A DNA stretch of 64,000 nt from Carcharhinus longimanus (taxonomy: Eukaryota): assembly GCA_030264375.1 (NCBI GenBank), contig JASCQW010000061.1, positions 63,014,546 to 63,078,545 on the forward strand. Direction: 5' to 3'. The notes beneath the pieces are model-generated. The model saw only the letters and a program-made list of their open reading frames with translations, did not search any database and was not told the origin of the DNA. Made by a program: the position numbers and the translations under genes. Shown one piece after another: positions 12,330-24,701 of this stretch (within the stretch, counting starts at the first letter, position 1; the number at the start of each line of letters is the position of its first letter).

Positions 12330-14320
12330 TAATGCAAGTTGCTAATGATTCCAGAATAATTCTGGAATGCAGATAGCCCTTGGCTTGTTTTCTCCACCAC
12401 AAACCATCTTCAACCCCTGTCCCTACAGGAATGAAGAGCTCGTATACAGCTTTGTCGCTAAGATCAGGATAATATGGTCAGCTGCCTATGCCAAGCTGTC
12501 CCATCAGTCCATCTGGCCAAATCCTCCTTTAATGCTTCCCCGGCCTTGCCCTGAATTTCTTTTTTTTGTAGTTTCTCTCCTATCTCCCCTCATTGTCCTG
12601 AGCTCAACTTTTTTCTGAACTGCACCTTGTTCTCACAATCCAGTTCACACTAAGCAGCAGATCATACCACTTCCCTTCCTGGTCCCCATGGCCATGGATA
12701 GTGTACGTGGTTCTGTCTCTAAGTGTGGACTCTGTCTTCTTTAAATCTGCTGTCATAATGCCTCTCCACAAAATAAGCAGTGCTTGATCCCACTATCCTT
12801 GTAACTACCTTCCCATCTCCAACTTCCCTTTCGTCTACAGCATCCTTGAATTGTTTTTGCCTCCTTTATCTGTTCCTATCTTTTCCACAACTTTGAGTCT
12901 CATCAATTAGGCTTTTGCCACTGGCACAGTACCAAAACCAAAACAGCTCTTAAAGTCATAAATTATATCATTTGGGGCAGTGACAATGGTAAACTTTCCC
13001 TTTGTTTTTGTGGGCCTGTCTGCAGCCTTGAGGAGAGTTGATCACACCATCCTCTATCTGTGCTTCTCTAATGTCTCCCAGCTGGGTGGGATTGCTCTTG
13101 TGTAGTTCCATTCATATCTATCCAAATGTAACCAGAGAATCACTTGCAATAACATCTCTACCTGCTCCCCACCATTACTTCTGGTGTCTGTTTTGCACCC
13201 CCCACTCCCACCCATGGCCTATCCTTGGCCCCCTTCTAATTCTTATCTACATACTGCCTCTTAATGACGACAACTGAAGGTACAGTGTTAGTTTTCACGT
13301 GCACCGATGCCAATTACCTCTACTTCACCACCACTTCTCTTGACGACTCCATTGTTGCTAAATTACCAAACTGCTTATCTGACATTCAGTACCTGTTGGG
13401 CAAAGATTTCCTCTGGATAAATGTGGGAAAACCATTGTGTTTTGGTCCCCACTCCAAACTCTGTTCCCCAGCTACTAACTCCATTTCCCCTCCTGACAAT
13501 AATCTGAGGTTAAATCAGTCTGTTCACAACCTTGGTAGCACATTTTATCCTGAAATGAACTTCTGACCTCACGTTTGTAACATTAATAAGATCACCTATT
13601 TTCGCCTCTGTAACGTTACCTGACTTTGTCCTGCCTCAGCTCATCCACTGCTGAAACCCTTATTCATGCCTTTGATACCTCTTGGTTATTCCAGTGCACT
13701 CTTGGCTGCTCTTTCAAACTTCCCCTCTGAACTTTAAGTCATGAGTCTGTCTTAACTTGCCTCAAATTCCATTCCCTATCACTCCTGTGCTCGTGGGCCT
13801 AAATTGGCTCCAGTAAAGCAACATCTTTAAAATAAAAGCAAATTATTGTGGATGCTGGAATCTGAAACTAAAAGAGAAAACCCTGGAAAATCTCAGCAGA
13901 TCTGGCAGCATCTAAAAGGAGAGAAAAGAGCTGATGTTTTGAGTCCAGATGACCCTTTGTCAAAGCAGTATCTTTAAAATGCTCATCTTGGTTTTCAGAT
14001 TCCACCATGGCTCCATATCTCCCTACCTTTGCTTCAACTGCGCAGCCTTCTGAGATATTTGTGCCCCTCTAATCAGGGCCTTCTGTGCTTCCCCATTATT
14101 AATTGCTCTACTATTGATGGCCATACATTCAATTACTTAAACTCCATGTTTTAGAATACCCTTCCTGCATCCTTCCACCTTTCTATCCCACTTTCCTCCT
14201 TTCAGACACTCAAAACTCTTTGGCCAACGTTTGGTCATCTGATCTAATATCTGCTAATGCAGTTTGATTATACTGCTGTGAAGTGAGTTGGGACATTTCA
14301 TGACTTTAAAGGCACTATTT
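12330..14320 (+). mobile_element. Degenerate L2-clade LINE (RT to 3' end)
   Basis: RT remnants ILGPLLILIYILPL, D(A)NYLYFT, CLSDIQ..., HNLG; pyrimidine-rich + strand; L2-type 3' tail. Confidence 0.8.
13834..13966 (-). mobile_element. Short Penelope-like (pLTR) insertion with hammerhead-like motif, nested in L2
   Basis: Homologous to 43525-43640, 52151-52261 and 52903-53036; flanked by duplicated AAAGCA(AC/GT)ATCTTTAAAAT. Confidence 0.65.
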
Positions 14321-14370
14321 TTCTATGTAGAAAATTTTAAAAGCACCTGAATCATGAATGTTGCTGTGAT

Positions 14371-14925
14371 AACATAAGAAATAGGAGCAGGAGTAGGCCA
14401 TCTAGCCCTTTGAGCCTGCCCAGCCATTCAATAAGATCATGGTTGATCTGAAGTGGATCAGTTCCACTTTCCCGCTCTCTCCCCATAACCCTCAATTCCC
14501 TTGTCTATCAAAAACCTATCTACCCGTGACTTAAATATATTCAGCGAGGTAGCCTCCACTTCAACGGGCAGAGAATTCCAGAGATTCACCACCCTTTGAG
14601 TGAAGAAGTTCCTCCTCAACTCCGTTCTAAACNNNNNNNNNNNNNNNNNNNNNNNNNNNNNNNNNNNNNNNNNNNNNNNNNNNNNNNNNNNNNNNNNNNN
14701 NNNNNNNNNNNNNNNNNNNNNNNNNNNNNNNNCCCTCTGCAGACTTTCCACACCCTCCGCACAATTTGCTTTTCCACTTATCTTTGTGTCATCAGCAAAT
14801 TTCGACACCTTACACTCAGCCCCCTCCTCCAGATCGTCTATATAAATGGTAAATAGCTGAGGCCCCAGCACTGATCCCTGTGGCACTCCACTAATCACCA
14901 GCTGCCAATCAGAATAGCACCCATT
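14371..14925 (-). mobile_element. Young CR1/HER1-like LINE, 5'-truncated (100-N gap inside)
   Basis: Open RT fragment SGVPQGSVLGPQLFTIYIDDL...SKFADDTK; 3' tail cctactcctgctcctatttcttatgtt; TGATAACA duplicated at both ends. Confidence 0.92.
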
Positions 14926-15094
14926 GATAACAATGATAACATTTCTTTGTGGCAATATGTGTTTCTGCAATGTCTGTGCTTTAATGGGATAGCTAAGGCT
15001 ATGGACACTATTACACTGTTAAGGTGGGGGGGCGGGGGGGTGATGTTGTAATATTACAGCTTTCGTTGTAATGATTTATGCCTTTCTTTTTCAG

Positions 15095-15338
15095 CCAAAA
15101 CTGTATATTGGCCGACGAAATGGGGTTAGGGAAGACTATCCAATCTATTACATTTCTGTATGAAATGTACTTGAAAGGAATTCATGGCCCCTTCCTGATT
15201 ATTGCACCCCTTTCCACAATCACTAATTGGGAGAGGGAGTTCCACACTTGGACAGCAATGAATGTGACTGTGTACCATGGCAGCCAGGCTAGCCGCCAAA
15301 TGATTCAGGCATATGAGATGTACTTCCGAGACACTGAG
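15095..15338 (+). CDS. chd7: CHD7 exon 12 equivalent (SNF2 motif I / Walker A)
   Basis: ttcag|C...GAG|gtaagg; 244 nt; [18 protein letters not shown]... Confidence 0.97.
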
Positions 15339-16139
15339 GTAAGGATGACAAGTTACAGAAAATCTTAATGTACTTCTAAATATGTAGCAAACACAGCAAT
15401 ATTAGAAATTATTATAAAGCAATTTTCCAGACAAAAAATGTTTCTCATGGAAAATTTTGTAAAAGCTCCTGAAAAATAAAGTACCTGCAGTGGAAGGAAG
15501 TTTTTTGATATAGATTCATGTTACTTTTTCTAATGTTTTATTGACACTGAATTCTGGTTAATAAACTGTCATTTTTGGTAAATTTGTTTTAATTATGTCA
15601 CAACTGTCTGTCCCTTTTGATGTGGGCAGGATAATTAATATTGGTAACCAAAAGGATCCATGTTACTGACGAAGCTAATGGGCATAAAATTTTCTCTTGC
15701 TCTTAATGATAAGTACAAATGAGGGTGATCATTTAATGTATTTGCATTCTCACTCCATAGAAACCTCCATTTGTGTAATCTTTTCATCCTCCATGCTACA
15801 ACATCTAATGAAAGTAAACTCCTACCAAAAAACTGAACTGCTAAGTTCATCACTCTTTGCATCACATACTTCCTGAGTTCACCTTTTACAAGTTTTAAGT
15901 TATGTTCCACTTTCCTGGAGTTGTGATTTAAAAATAGGATCACAGAATTCTAGCGATGTAAAAAGATGCCATTTGGCCCATGCCCATTGTATGTGTAGTG
16001 GCTGACCGAATGAGCAGCTCAGCGGTCACCGTAATTCTGCACATTTTCCTTCTTAGATAACAGTCCAATTCCCTTTTGAATGTTTCAATTAAACTCACCT
16101 CCACCATAATCTCAGACAATGCATTCCAAACCCTAACCC

Positions 16140-16385
16140 ACGTGGCGAAAAACTGCAGCATGCGACGGTGCAGAGGGACCTCGGGGTCCTTGTGCATGAG
16201 TCGCAAAAACCCAGCCNNNNNNNNNNNNNNNNNNNNNNNNNNNNNNNNNNNNNNNNNNNNNNNNNNNNNNNNNNNNNNNNNNNNNNNNNNNNNNNNNNNN
16301 NNNNNNNNNNNNNNNNTATTGAATGGCGGGGCAGGCTCGAGGGGCTAGATGGCCTACTCCTGCTCCTATTTCTTATGTTCTTATG
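16140..16385 (+). mobile_element. Young CR1/HER1-like LINE 3' fragment (gap inside)
   Basis: QRDLGVLVHESQK; tail ggcaggctcgaggggctagatggcctactcctgctcctatttcttatgttcttatg. Confidence 0.9.
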
Positions 16386-17165
16386 TAACCAGTTGCTGCG
16401 TTTTTTAAAAGAAAGTTCTTCCTCATATCAGTTTTGCTTCTCCTACTAACTTAATTTAAATCTTTGTACCCTCATTCTTGATCGTTTCTTAAGTGGGAAC
16501 AGTTTCTCCTTATTTATTTTGTCTATATCACTCATGATTTTGAATACCTATAACAAATTGCTCCTCAACTTTTCTTTCATAAAATAAATGTTCATAACTT
16601 CACCAACTTGCCTTCATTACTGAAATTTCTCATCCATGGATCCATCCTCATGAGCATTTCCTGCACTCTTTCAAATACCTTAACATCCTTCGTAAAGTGC
16701 AACACTCCTAACTGAACACAATATGAAGTCTAACTGCTGATGTATACAAATTCAACATAATATTGCATATTAATAAACCCCAGGATACTGTATGTTTTAT
16801 TACCTATTCTTTCAACCTGTCCTCCCACATTCAATGATTTATGCACATATACATCCAGAACCTCTGTTCCTGTACCCCCATAGAGTTGAATTCATTATTT
16901 TCTATCATTTCCATGTTCTTTACATTTCTCTGCATTGAACTTCATGAAACACTTCCATTCCACCTGCTTGTCTATGTCCCTTTTGAAGTTCTGCACTATC
17001 TTCCTCACAGTTTGTAATGCTTTGTTTCATCTGCTAACTTTGAAACTGTGCCCTGTTCACCAAGGTCTATATCGCTAATGTATATCAGGGAAAGCAAGGG
17101 TTCCAACACTGAAATGCTGGGGAGCTCCATTGCAAACCTTCCTCCAGGCTGAAAAACACCCACTG

Positions 17166-17678
17166 GGAGGTGATGGCTCAGTGGTATTATCACTAGAATA
17201 TTAATCCAGAAACTCAGCTAATGTTCTGGGGACCTGGGTTCAAATCCCACCATATGGGATCTGAATTCAATTTTTAAAAAAAATATGGAATTAAGAATCT
17301 ACTGATGACAATAAANNNNNNNNNNNNNNNNNNNNNNNNNNNNNNNNNNNNNNNNNNNNNNNNNNNNNNNNNNNNNNNNNNNNNNNNNNNNNNNNNNNNN
17401 NNNNNNNNNNNNNNNNNNNNNNNNNNNNNNNNNNNNNNNNNNNNNNNNNNNNNNNNNNNNNNNNNNNNNNNNNNNNNNNNNNNNNNNNNNNNNNNNNNNN
17501 NNNNNNNNNNNNNNNNNNNNNNNNNNNNNNNNNNNNNNNNGAGTTTACTATCAAATAAATCAGTTGGACTTAAATCTGGTGTTGTCAGACTTCTTACTGT
17601 GTTTACCCCAGTCCAACACTGGCATCTCCACCTCATGTCATCCAGTGACAGCCATGTCCCATAAATGAATTTAAAAAA
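17166..17678 (+). mobile_element. tRNA-derived SINE (family A) interrupted by a Penelope-like fragment (17541-17637)
   Basis: A-box TGGCTCAGTGG, B-box GGTTCAAATCCC, tail cccataaatgaatttaaaaaa; the insert matches 58140-58226. Confidence 0.75.
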
Positions 17679-20289
17679 TTAACCATTGTCGCTTAGCCAC
17701 TTCCATATCCATGTTGCTATTGTCCCTTTTGTTCCATGAGCTACAAATTTCCTCATCTGTTGTGTGGCACTCTGTCAATTGTCTTTTGGAAGTCCACGTA
17801 CATCACATCAACAGCATTGCCCTCGACAGTATGTTAGCTCTTCAAAAAACTCCAAGTTAATTAAGCATGAATACCCCTGAAGAAATCCATGCTGCCTTTC
17901 ACTATTTATCCATGTAACTATTAATTTGTCCTAAATCATAGTTTGTCAAAGTTTCTCCACCACAGAAGTTAAACTGATTGACCTACAGTTGCTAGGAGTA
18001 TCTTGCACCCGTTTTGAACAAGGATGTAACTTTTGGAATTCTCCAGCTCTCCAGTACCACCCCTGAATCTAATGGAAACTGAAAAATTATGACCAGTCAC
18101 TGCAATTTTCACTCCTTCCCTCCATATCCTTGGATGCATCTCATCTCGTTCAGTGCCTTATCAACTTTTAAGTACAGATTATCTAATTCTTCCTTTTCAA
18201 TTTTAAACCCACCTACTATCTGAATTCATAACCTTTACCAGGACCTGGATAGTATCTTTCCTTCATAAAGGTATGTGAAGTATAATTTAGTACCTCAGCT
18301 ATGCCCTCTGCCCCATGTGTAAACTTCATTTTGGTCCTTAATTGGCCCTATTCCTCCTTCTCTTACCACTCTTTTACTATTTATATGCCCACAGAAGACT
18401 TTAGGATTTTCTTTCTTGCTAACTGCCACTCTTCCTCACTCCGTCTTTGCTTTTCTAATTTGCTTCTTCACCTCTTTGAATCTTTTACATTTAGCTTGGT
18501 TTTTCAATTACGTTTTCTATCTGACACCTGTCATAAACCCACATTTTCTTCTTTATCTTCATTTCTATCTCCTAAATCATCTGGATTTGTTTGCCCCATC
18601 TTTCTCTTTAAAGGGAACATTCTTTGACTGTGCCTGGATCATTATTTTTTTAACTGAACCCATTGATCAGTTACTATTTCTCCTGCCAACCTTTGACTCC
18701 AATTTATTTGGCTCAAATCCATTCTTACCCCATTGAAGTTGGCTTTTCCCCAGTTAATTTGTCTTTTTCTGGACTGGTCTTTGTCCTTATCCCACCTAAA
18801 AGGTATAATACAATGATCTCCTAAAATTCACCTACTGACACTTGATTTATTCGGCCCACCTCATTTCCAACAACCAATTCTAGCGGTGCCACCTCCTTCA
18901 TTGGACTGGAAGCATACTGCTGAAGAAAATTTTCCTGAACTAACTTGAGTGCTCTGAATTTACTCTTGCTCTTTGCTTAGTATTTCATAGTTCCGTAAGG
19001 TGCTCTGTAAACATCTGTTTTTGAGGCTGAAGATTCTGTAACCTTTTTACTTTTGTTCATTCAGTTCTCTGAACTAACAATCAACCTCCTGGCTACTTCT
19101 CAGTTTGGCATTGCCGCCAGGGCATGAATATTTCCGTTTTTATTAACCAAAAGTTTTTTTAACAATGTCCATCTGATCAAGTGTGTGTTTTCGAAACATT
19201 TGAGAGTGGGCATTTCCAATAAAAAGCAAGTCCTGCTGTCATCCTACAATTCATAATTACCAATGTATTTCTCTCTCTTTGTTTCAAATCAGCTACTTCC
19301 TATGTGATTCACAGAATTTTCCATGGTTTTGCATTTTTTAAAACAGTGTACACATTCTGAGAAAACAACTCATTTTGTATTAAGTCATTTTTGTTATTAT
19401 TAAGTAGGTGCCTAATTGTTTCTATTAAAATATTCTCATCATTCCGAAAAATACTATTTCCAGATGGGAGAACTGAATATATAAGAATAATGAGGTTTGA
19501 AATTTTGTTATCCAGTCAAGCTTCAACCAGGTAGTTTTAAAAAAGTCTTTTGATTTCAATTTCCCTATCCTGCTGTTGACCTTTGATTATACCATAGATA
19601 TGTATTGTGTTTTTGCTTTTGTAGTTCTGAAACTTCCAATGTAATTTTGCAACCCTTTTTTAAAAAGTATTTTCAGCTACTGTTCTATCATTTTTTCTCA
19701 CATTTTGCTTTTGACTTCTATCTGCTCATGCTTCAGAAGAAATTTTCCAGCAGAGTCATTTCAGCCAGTTTGAACAGAACGTCACAATTTTGTCCAGAGC
19801 TTAATTTGTTTGATCCTGTTTTTCACTATCACTAATAGCACAATGTGTTTTTTATTGTGGGTGCATTTTTTTCTTGAAACATCAAAAGTGGGCATTTCCA
19901 AAAAACTAGCAAGTTCTGCTGGCATCTTGCAGATGCTCAGAAATTGTATTTCTGTCTCTTTTTCAAATAAACTACGTTTTAAGTGATTCACAGAACTTTC
20001 CATGCTTTTGCAAATGGATTTTTGCATTCAGTACATTTTAAAATGATAAAAGTCTAACTGGATTTCAAAACATCAGATTATACTCTGGTATGAGGAATGA
20101 AATTAGTTATGTATCATAATAAGCATTCCATATTTGCAGTGGAGCTCTTGTACTTAACAATGAAAGGGGTATTGATGCTGAGGGATAAAACATTTTCTGA
20201 TTCAGGCACTCTGTCTTTTCATGATCTCCAAGGTCAGGGTTAGAGCAGTTAAATGGACCATTCAAATTCAACTGCACAAATTTGAATCC

Positions 20290-20670
20290 TTAATTTAGCT
20301 TTTCACCAAAGCCTTTATACCCTTCCCAAAGTGTGGCTAAGAATTGGCCACAATATTCCAGCTAAGATCTAACCAAGGGTTTACTGTAACTTCCTTGTTT
20401 TTATACATAATTTTATTTCTATAAAGGATCCCACTTGATTTTTCTTCCTTCCAAGATTTGTAAGTGCCCATCCTCAGTCTCTGTTTTTGCACCCCTTTTA
20501 CAATTTAATAATTTAGTTCATCTTGCTGCTTCTCATTCTCCTGCTAAAATTAAATGTCTCATACCTCTGCATTAAATTGTATCTACCACGTGTCTGTCCT
20601 TCTGAAGTCTGTTACTATCCTGATCCCTATTTATTACATTTCCAAGTTTAGTATCACCAGCAAAGTGTCT
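20290..20670 (-). mobile_element. Degenerate CR1 fragment
   Basis: Decayed RT C-terminal motifs (aagaattggccacaatattccag; gtttagtatcaccagcaaa is the reverse of FAGDTKL). Confidence 0.55.
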
Positions 20671-20727
20671 GGTACATAGTGTTAATGTGGGTTGGAGTAC
20701 ACAGTACTGCCCACACAGTCATGTAGA

Positions 20728-20802
20728 TAAGAACATAAGAAATAGGAGCAGGAGTAGGCCATCCAGCCCCTCGAGCCTGCCCCGCCATTCAATAAGATCA
20801 TG
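20728..20802 (-). mobile_element. Young CR1/HER1-like 3' end adjoining a gap
   Basis: Near-identical reverse complement of the tail at 16317-16385. Confidence 0.9.
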
Positions 20803-21133
20803 NNNNNNNNNNNNNNNNNNNNNNNNNNNNNNNNNNNNNNNNNNNNNNNNNNNNNNNNNNNNNNNNNNNNNNNNNNNNNNNNNNNNNNNNNNNNNNNNNN
20901 NNCTCCATTATTCACTGTAGTAGTATTGAAAATTTCCACACGAACTTACCTGGCCCTTTTTCTCCCCAGCCCTTTTGATATTAAGCCCTATGTAAGAAGG
21001 CACATGACTGAGGTTCAATGTGATGTTGGCCAGAGACATGCCAATACCTAATATGGTGATAGCATCATTCCTGTGCCCATAATGGTATATTTGCATATAG
21101 TTGTAAATAGTTAATAAAGACTTGATACCATAC

Positions 21134-22075
21134 TGTTATGGATAGAGAAGGGGTTTCAGTTTACTTAACCCTGATTTCTCCCCTCACTACCTGTCTGTAA
21201 ACAAAGGTGTTTTGATTTTGATTCCCCCTTTATAAATGGTGACGTATTTCCCAACCCCTCAGCTTTGGTGTGGTCCAATTTCTATCAATAACCCTGAGTA
21301 AACTCAAAGGATTATGTTTATTTGCACACATCCAAACCTGAGAGTGGGATTGTAACATAGTCTCCTTGTTACTCATATAATAAAAGAGAGGGGAATAACG
21401 AAAAGAAGATGAACAGGGCAAAGATGGCAGAATAAATGATTATTGTTTCACATGAGTCTAGAATCAAAGTCCAGTGGTGTATTCATTCTTAGAGCTTGGC
21501 GGGTTGAAAACTGATACTGCAAAATTAGCTTCTCCAGTAGATGACTTTCATGACAAGATGGGTACGTAGAGATGAGCGAATCTTGTAGGCAACAGTATAG
21601 AGGTTCAGAAGTTCTACTAGAAACAGTGTACATATAAGCCGGACATTCTGCGCTGCTGCTCAGGACACTAATTTATTCTATGGGGTCATGCCACTAGACT
21701 CGCACGTCTCCCCTTTGGCTTTGACATAGGATATGTCTTTCCTTGTTTGGGTTCTTGATATTGTTAATGTTCCGACCACTAAGAAATTGAAAGGGGGTTT
21801 CAGGGCCCTTTGTCCTGGCAGACTTTCCTGCTCCAGTGACCAAGCCTGGCTTCTGAAGTGTAATTGGCCTTTGTACAATTCTCTTTGAAATAAGCATCTG
21901 GAGCCCACAGGGTCATTCATGTCTCTTCAGAAATAATGAGGTGAAAACTGCTCTGGTATTGCCAGAAAGATCCTTATGTTTAAAAGTCACAGCCAGATAT
22001 GGTTCTAGTAATTTAAAAATCTTTGTCCAGTTTTTGTTTAAATTTGAGATAATGGTGAGATATGACCCCATTACA
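21134..22075. mobile_element. Solo LTR (Gypsy-type), 942 bp
   Basis: Termini TGTTATGG ... CCATTACA (7/8 inverted match); 4-bp TSD ATAC (21130-21133 / 22076-22079). Confidence 0.75.
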
Positions 22076-22079
22076 ATAC

Positions 22080-24512
22080 AGAAGTCAATGAAGACTTAGT
22101 TAACAATGGTGTTCCACAATCAATGCCATCCCATGTGCTAGAAGCTCTAAATCAAAAACATTCATTTTCACAAGTGCTGAAAGACAAAGGAAAAGGACAT
22201 CTTCAAAAGATGCTGAACTGAAAGAAGCTCCCAATTGAAGCTATAGATGCTGATAAAAGTTGCCAGAAAAAGCTCCCACGAGAAGCTCCTGGAAGCTAAG
22301 GGCAGAAGTTTTACTGCAGCGGAAGACTCCACACAATTGCCTGTGGAAGTCCACCTTCAAAAGTTCATTCCTACAAGGAAGAGCTAAATGCTTTACACTG
22401 CCAGGCTGCACCCAGTCCTGAGAAGCCCTTTCACTATACAGTCAGAAGTGTTGTTTGAACAAAACCAACCACTAATCCTAATCGAGCCACAAAATGTGGC
22501 CTGTTGAATGGAACAGAAAAAAAAATACTCAACTCTCAGGAACCTCATGATCATCCAAATCCTTAAACAGCAGGCCTGTGGCTTATTTAGGCATCTTGCA
22601 ACATCGCAGCACTAGCTCACTAGTTAAATCAAGTCAGTAAGCCATTTATTCATGCAGCTATGTTGAAAATACTTGTTCCTGAAGTAGTACATGGCTGCCG
22701 TTTTACAAAACCTGCCAAATCCGGCATGTGTGAGTAATCCACTGTTCAGCAGTAAACAACAACACCATTTTGGAAGTCTGTAAACCCTTAAAACCGTACC
22801 CAGACTTTTTAAAACTTTCAACGTGGTCGTAATTCCGCTGTTTCAACTCCACTATGTCTCATTCAAAGCTCAGATGAGTCACAATGTTGGAGTCTTTGGA
22901 GAAACGGATTTCCAAGATGAAGCATTGCTTCAGGTTTAAAAAAGAAATCAGAAGTGGGACAAGCAAACACACTTCTTTACACAGCAGGGCCAGTTGCATC
23001 ATTGCACAGTATGATATCACTGAATCAACCACCAAATTTGGGGTTCTAAAAGTTTTAAACATTGATTTTCAACTTGATTTTCAATTTTCAACTCCCAACA
23101 AATATTGTACAAAGGGCTAAATTCGATAAGAGAATCCAACTACCTGGGGAACCTGTCAATTCCTTCATAGTCATCTCTACACGAAGACAGAAGGGTGTGA
23201 ATGTGGAGATTTAAAGTCTGAGCTCAACTATAACATAATCATGGGGGGTATTGCAGATGATTCACTGTCTGATTCCTAAAAGCTAAAAATGATCTTACTC
23301 CAGACAAGGTTATCCAGTTAGGTAGACTGAGAGTTACATACACAATACAGGACAATCTGAAGGTGAGAGAATACAACGGGGGCAGAAGCCAAACCTTAGA
23401 CCAACTTATCAGGCCACAAAGATGCAGGGAAAATTCCCAAACTGCCCAGTAGAGCGACCTTGGCAGCACTGAGGTGTGAAGTGCACTCGCTGAAGAGATC
23501 GGTGTCCTGCAAGTACAACCCAATGTTTCCACTGCAACAGACAGGGACACTTTGGCAAAAAAGACAAAACTACGGATAACCCAAAGATAATCTGAGTACA
23601 AGACCAGCAACCCAGAAGAGATACCAGCCATGCTGCTTGGAGAGGTCAAAGGTTGTGGTCTTTCATTTTGGAATGCTGACCTCCTGGTAAATGGTCATCA
23701 AACAAATATAAATTAGATTTGAGTGTCAGTGTTACAGTCATGTCAGAGAATTCAACAGATATTTCACCATTGATTTGTCTTTGCAGAACAGTTTGTTCAT
23801 TATCTTTCTAGGCCCCAGAAAGTCCCCATTGATCAGACCAACCTACTGCCCGTGAGATTATTATGACGCTTCATGTGGAAGCAGTGCCAGACAATGATTA
23901 GCATTCTGAGAAGTCTCTACCTCCAACTGCAGTGATGGTATAGTTGGTTGATACCTCAACCACTGCGCGCACAGTACTACTTGGAGGCACAGCCACATGA
24001 GATGCTGCAACCAGGTAGCAGGATCACTACATCACCATCAACAACAGCAAGCAGATGCACGCATGCAATTCGAATTTCTTCTCATCACAGGAATACTCTC
24101 CTTCCACATAGCCGACGTGAAAAAGCAACACCCAAAGAGACACATCCTATGCACTCCGCAAGAAACAACTAAGGTAGCAGCAACCATGCATTGGTTTGGC
24201 TGTTAAGTCAATCAGTCATACTCAACATAATGGAATGAAAGAAAAGAATGAAAGCTTACCAAAATGCCAGACCGACCTCCAAGCCAAAAAGAACTAGAGC
24301 CAACCGAATGTGCCACTCTTCTGACAGACTGGCAAATGAGATGGGCAAGGCCTCCAGGCAGCCAGAACCTCTAACTTAAAGGACCTGAAGAAAGGAGGGG
24401 GGCGGTGGGTGAGATGGGATTAGGAGAATGTTGCTAATGTTATTACTGTAATAGCACAAATGTTGAGGCTAGTATTAAGTTTACTAAGGTAACATTTGAC
24501 ATCTTTGAGGAT
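22080..24512 (+). mobile_element. Heavily decayed, rearranged Gypsy/Ty3 internal region
   Basis: Frameshifted protease-like FWNADLLVNGHQT..KLDLSVSVTVMS (about 23665-23745); RNase H-like RPVAY (about 22572); purine tract near 24387-24415. Confidence 0.55.
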
Positions 24513-24612
24513 NNNNNNNNNNNNNNNNNNNNNNNNNNNNNNNNNNNNNNNNNNNNNNNNNNNNNNNNNNNNNNNNNNNNNNNNNNNNNNNNNNNNNNNN
24601 NNNNNNNNNNNN

Positions 24613-24701
24613 ACTCACTAATCCCTCTAACCTACGCATCCCTATACACTAAGGGGCAATTTTAGCATGGTCAATCAACCTAACCCGCACATCTTTGGAC
24701 T
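24613..24701 (-). mobile_element. HE1-like V-SINE fragment
   Basis: Matches part of the copy at 53367-53672 (caatcaacctaacccgcacatctttggact). Confidence 0.75.

Larger units (their letters stand above)
15940..18945 (-). mobile_element. Old CR1 LINE with nested insertions
   Basis: VWNALSEIMVE, SVLEPLLSLIYISDID...VSKLADETK and further decayed ORF2 motifs. Confidence 0.75.

Noticed and set aside
14458-14970. RT-like ORF as a host or domesticated gene
   Set aside because: Ordinary 5'-truncated CR1 copy with tail and target duplication; the ORF spans a gap.
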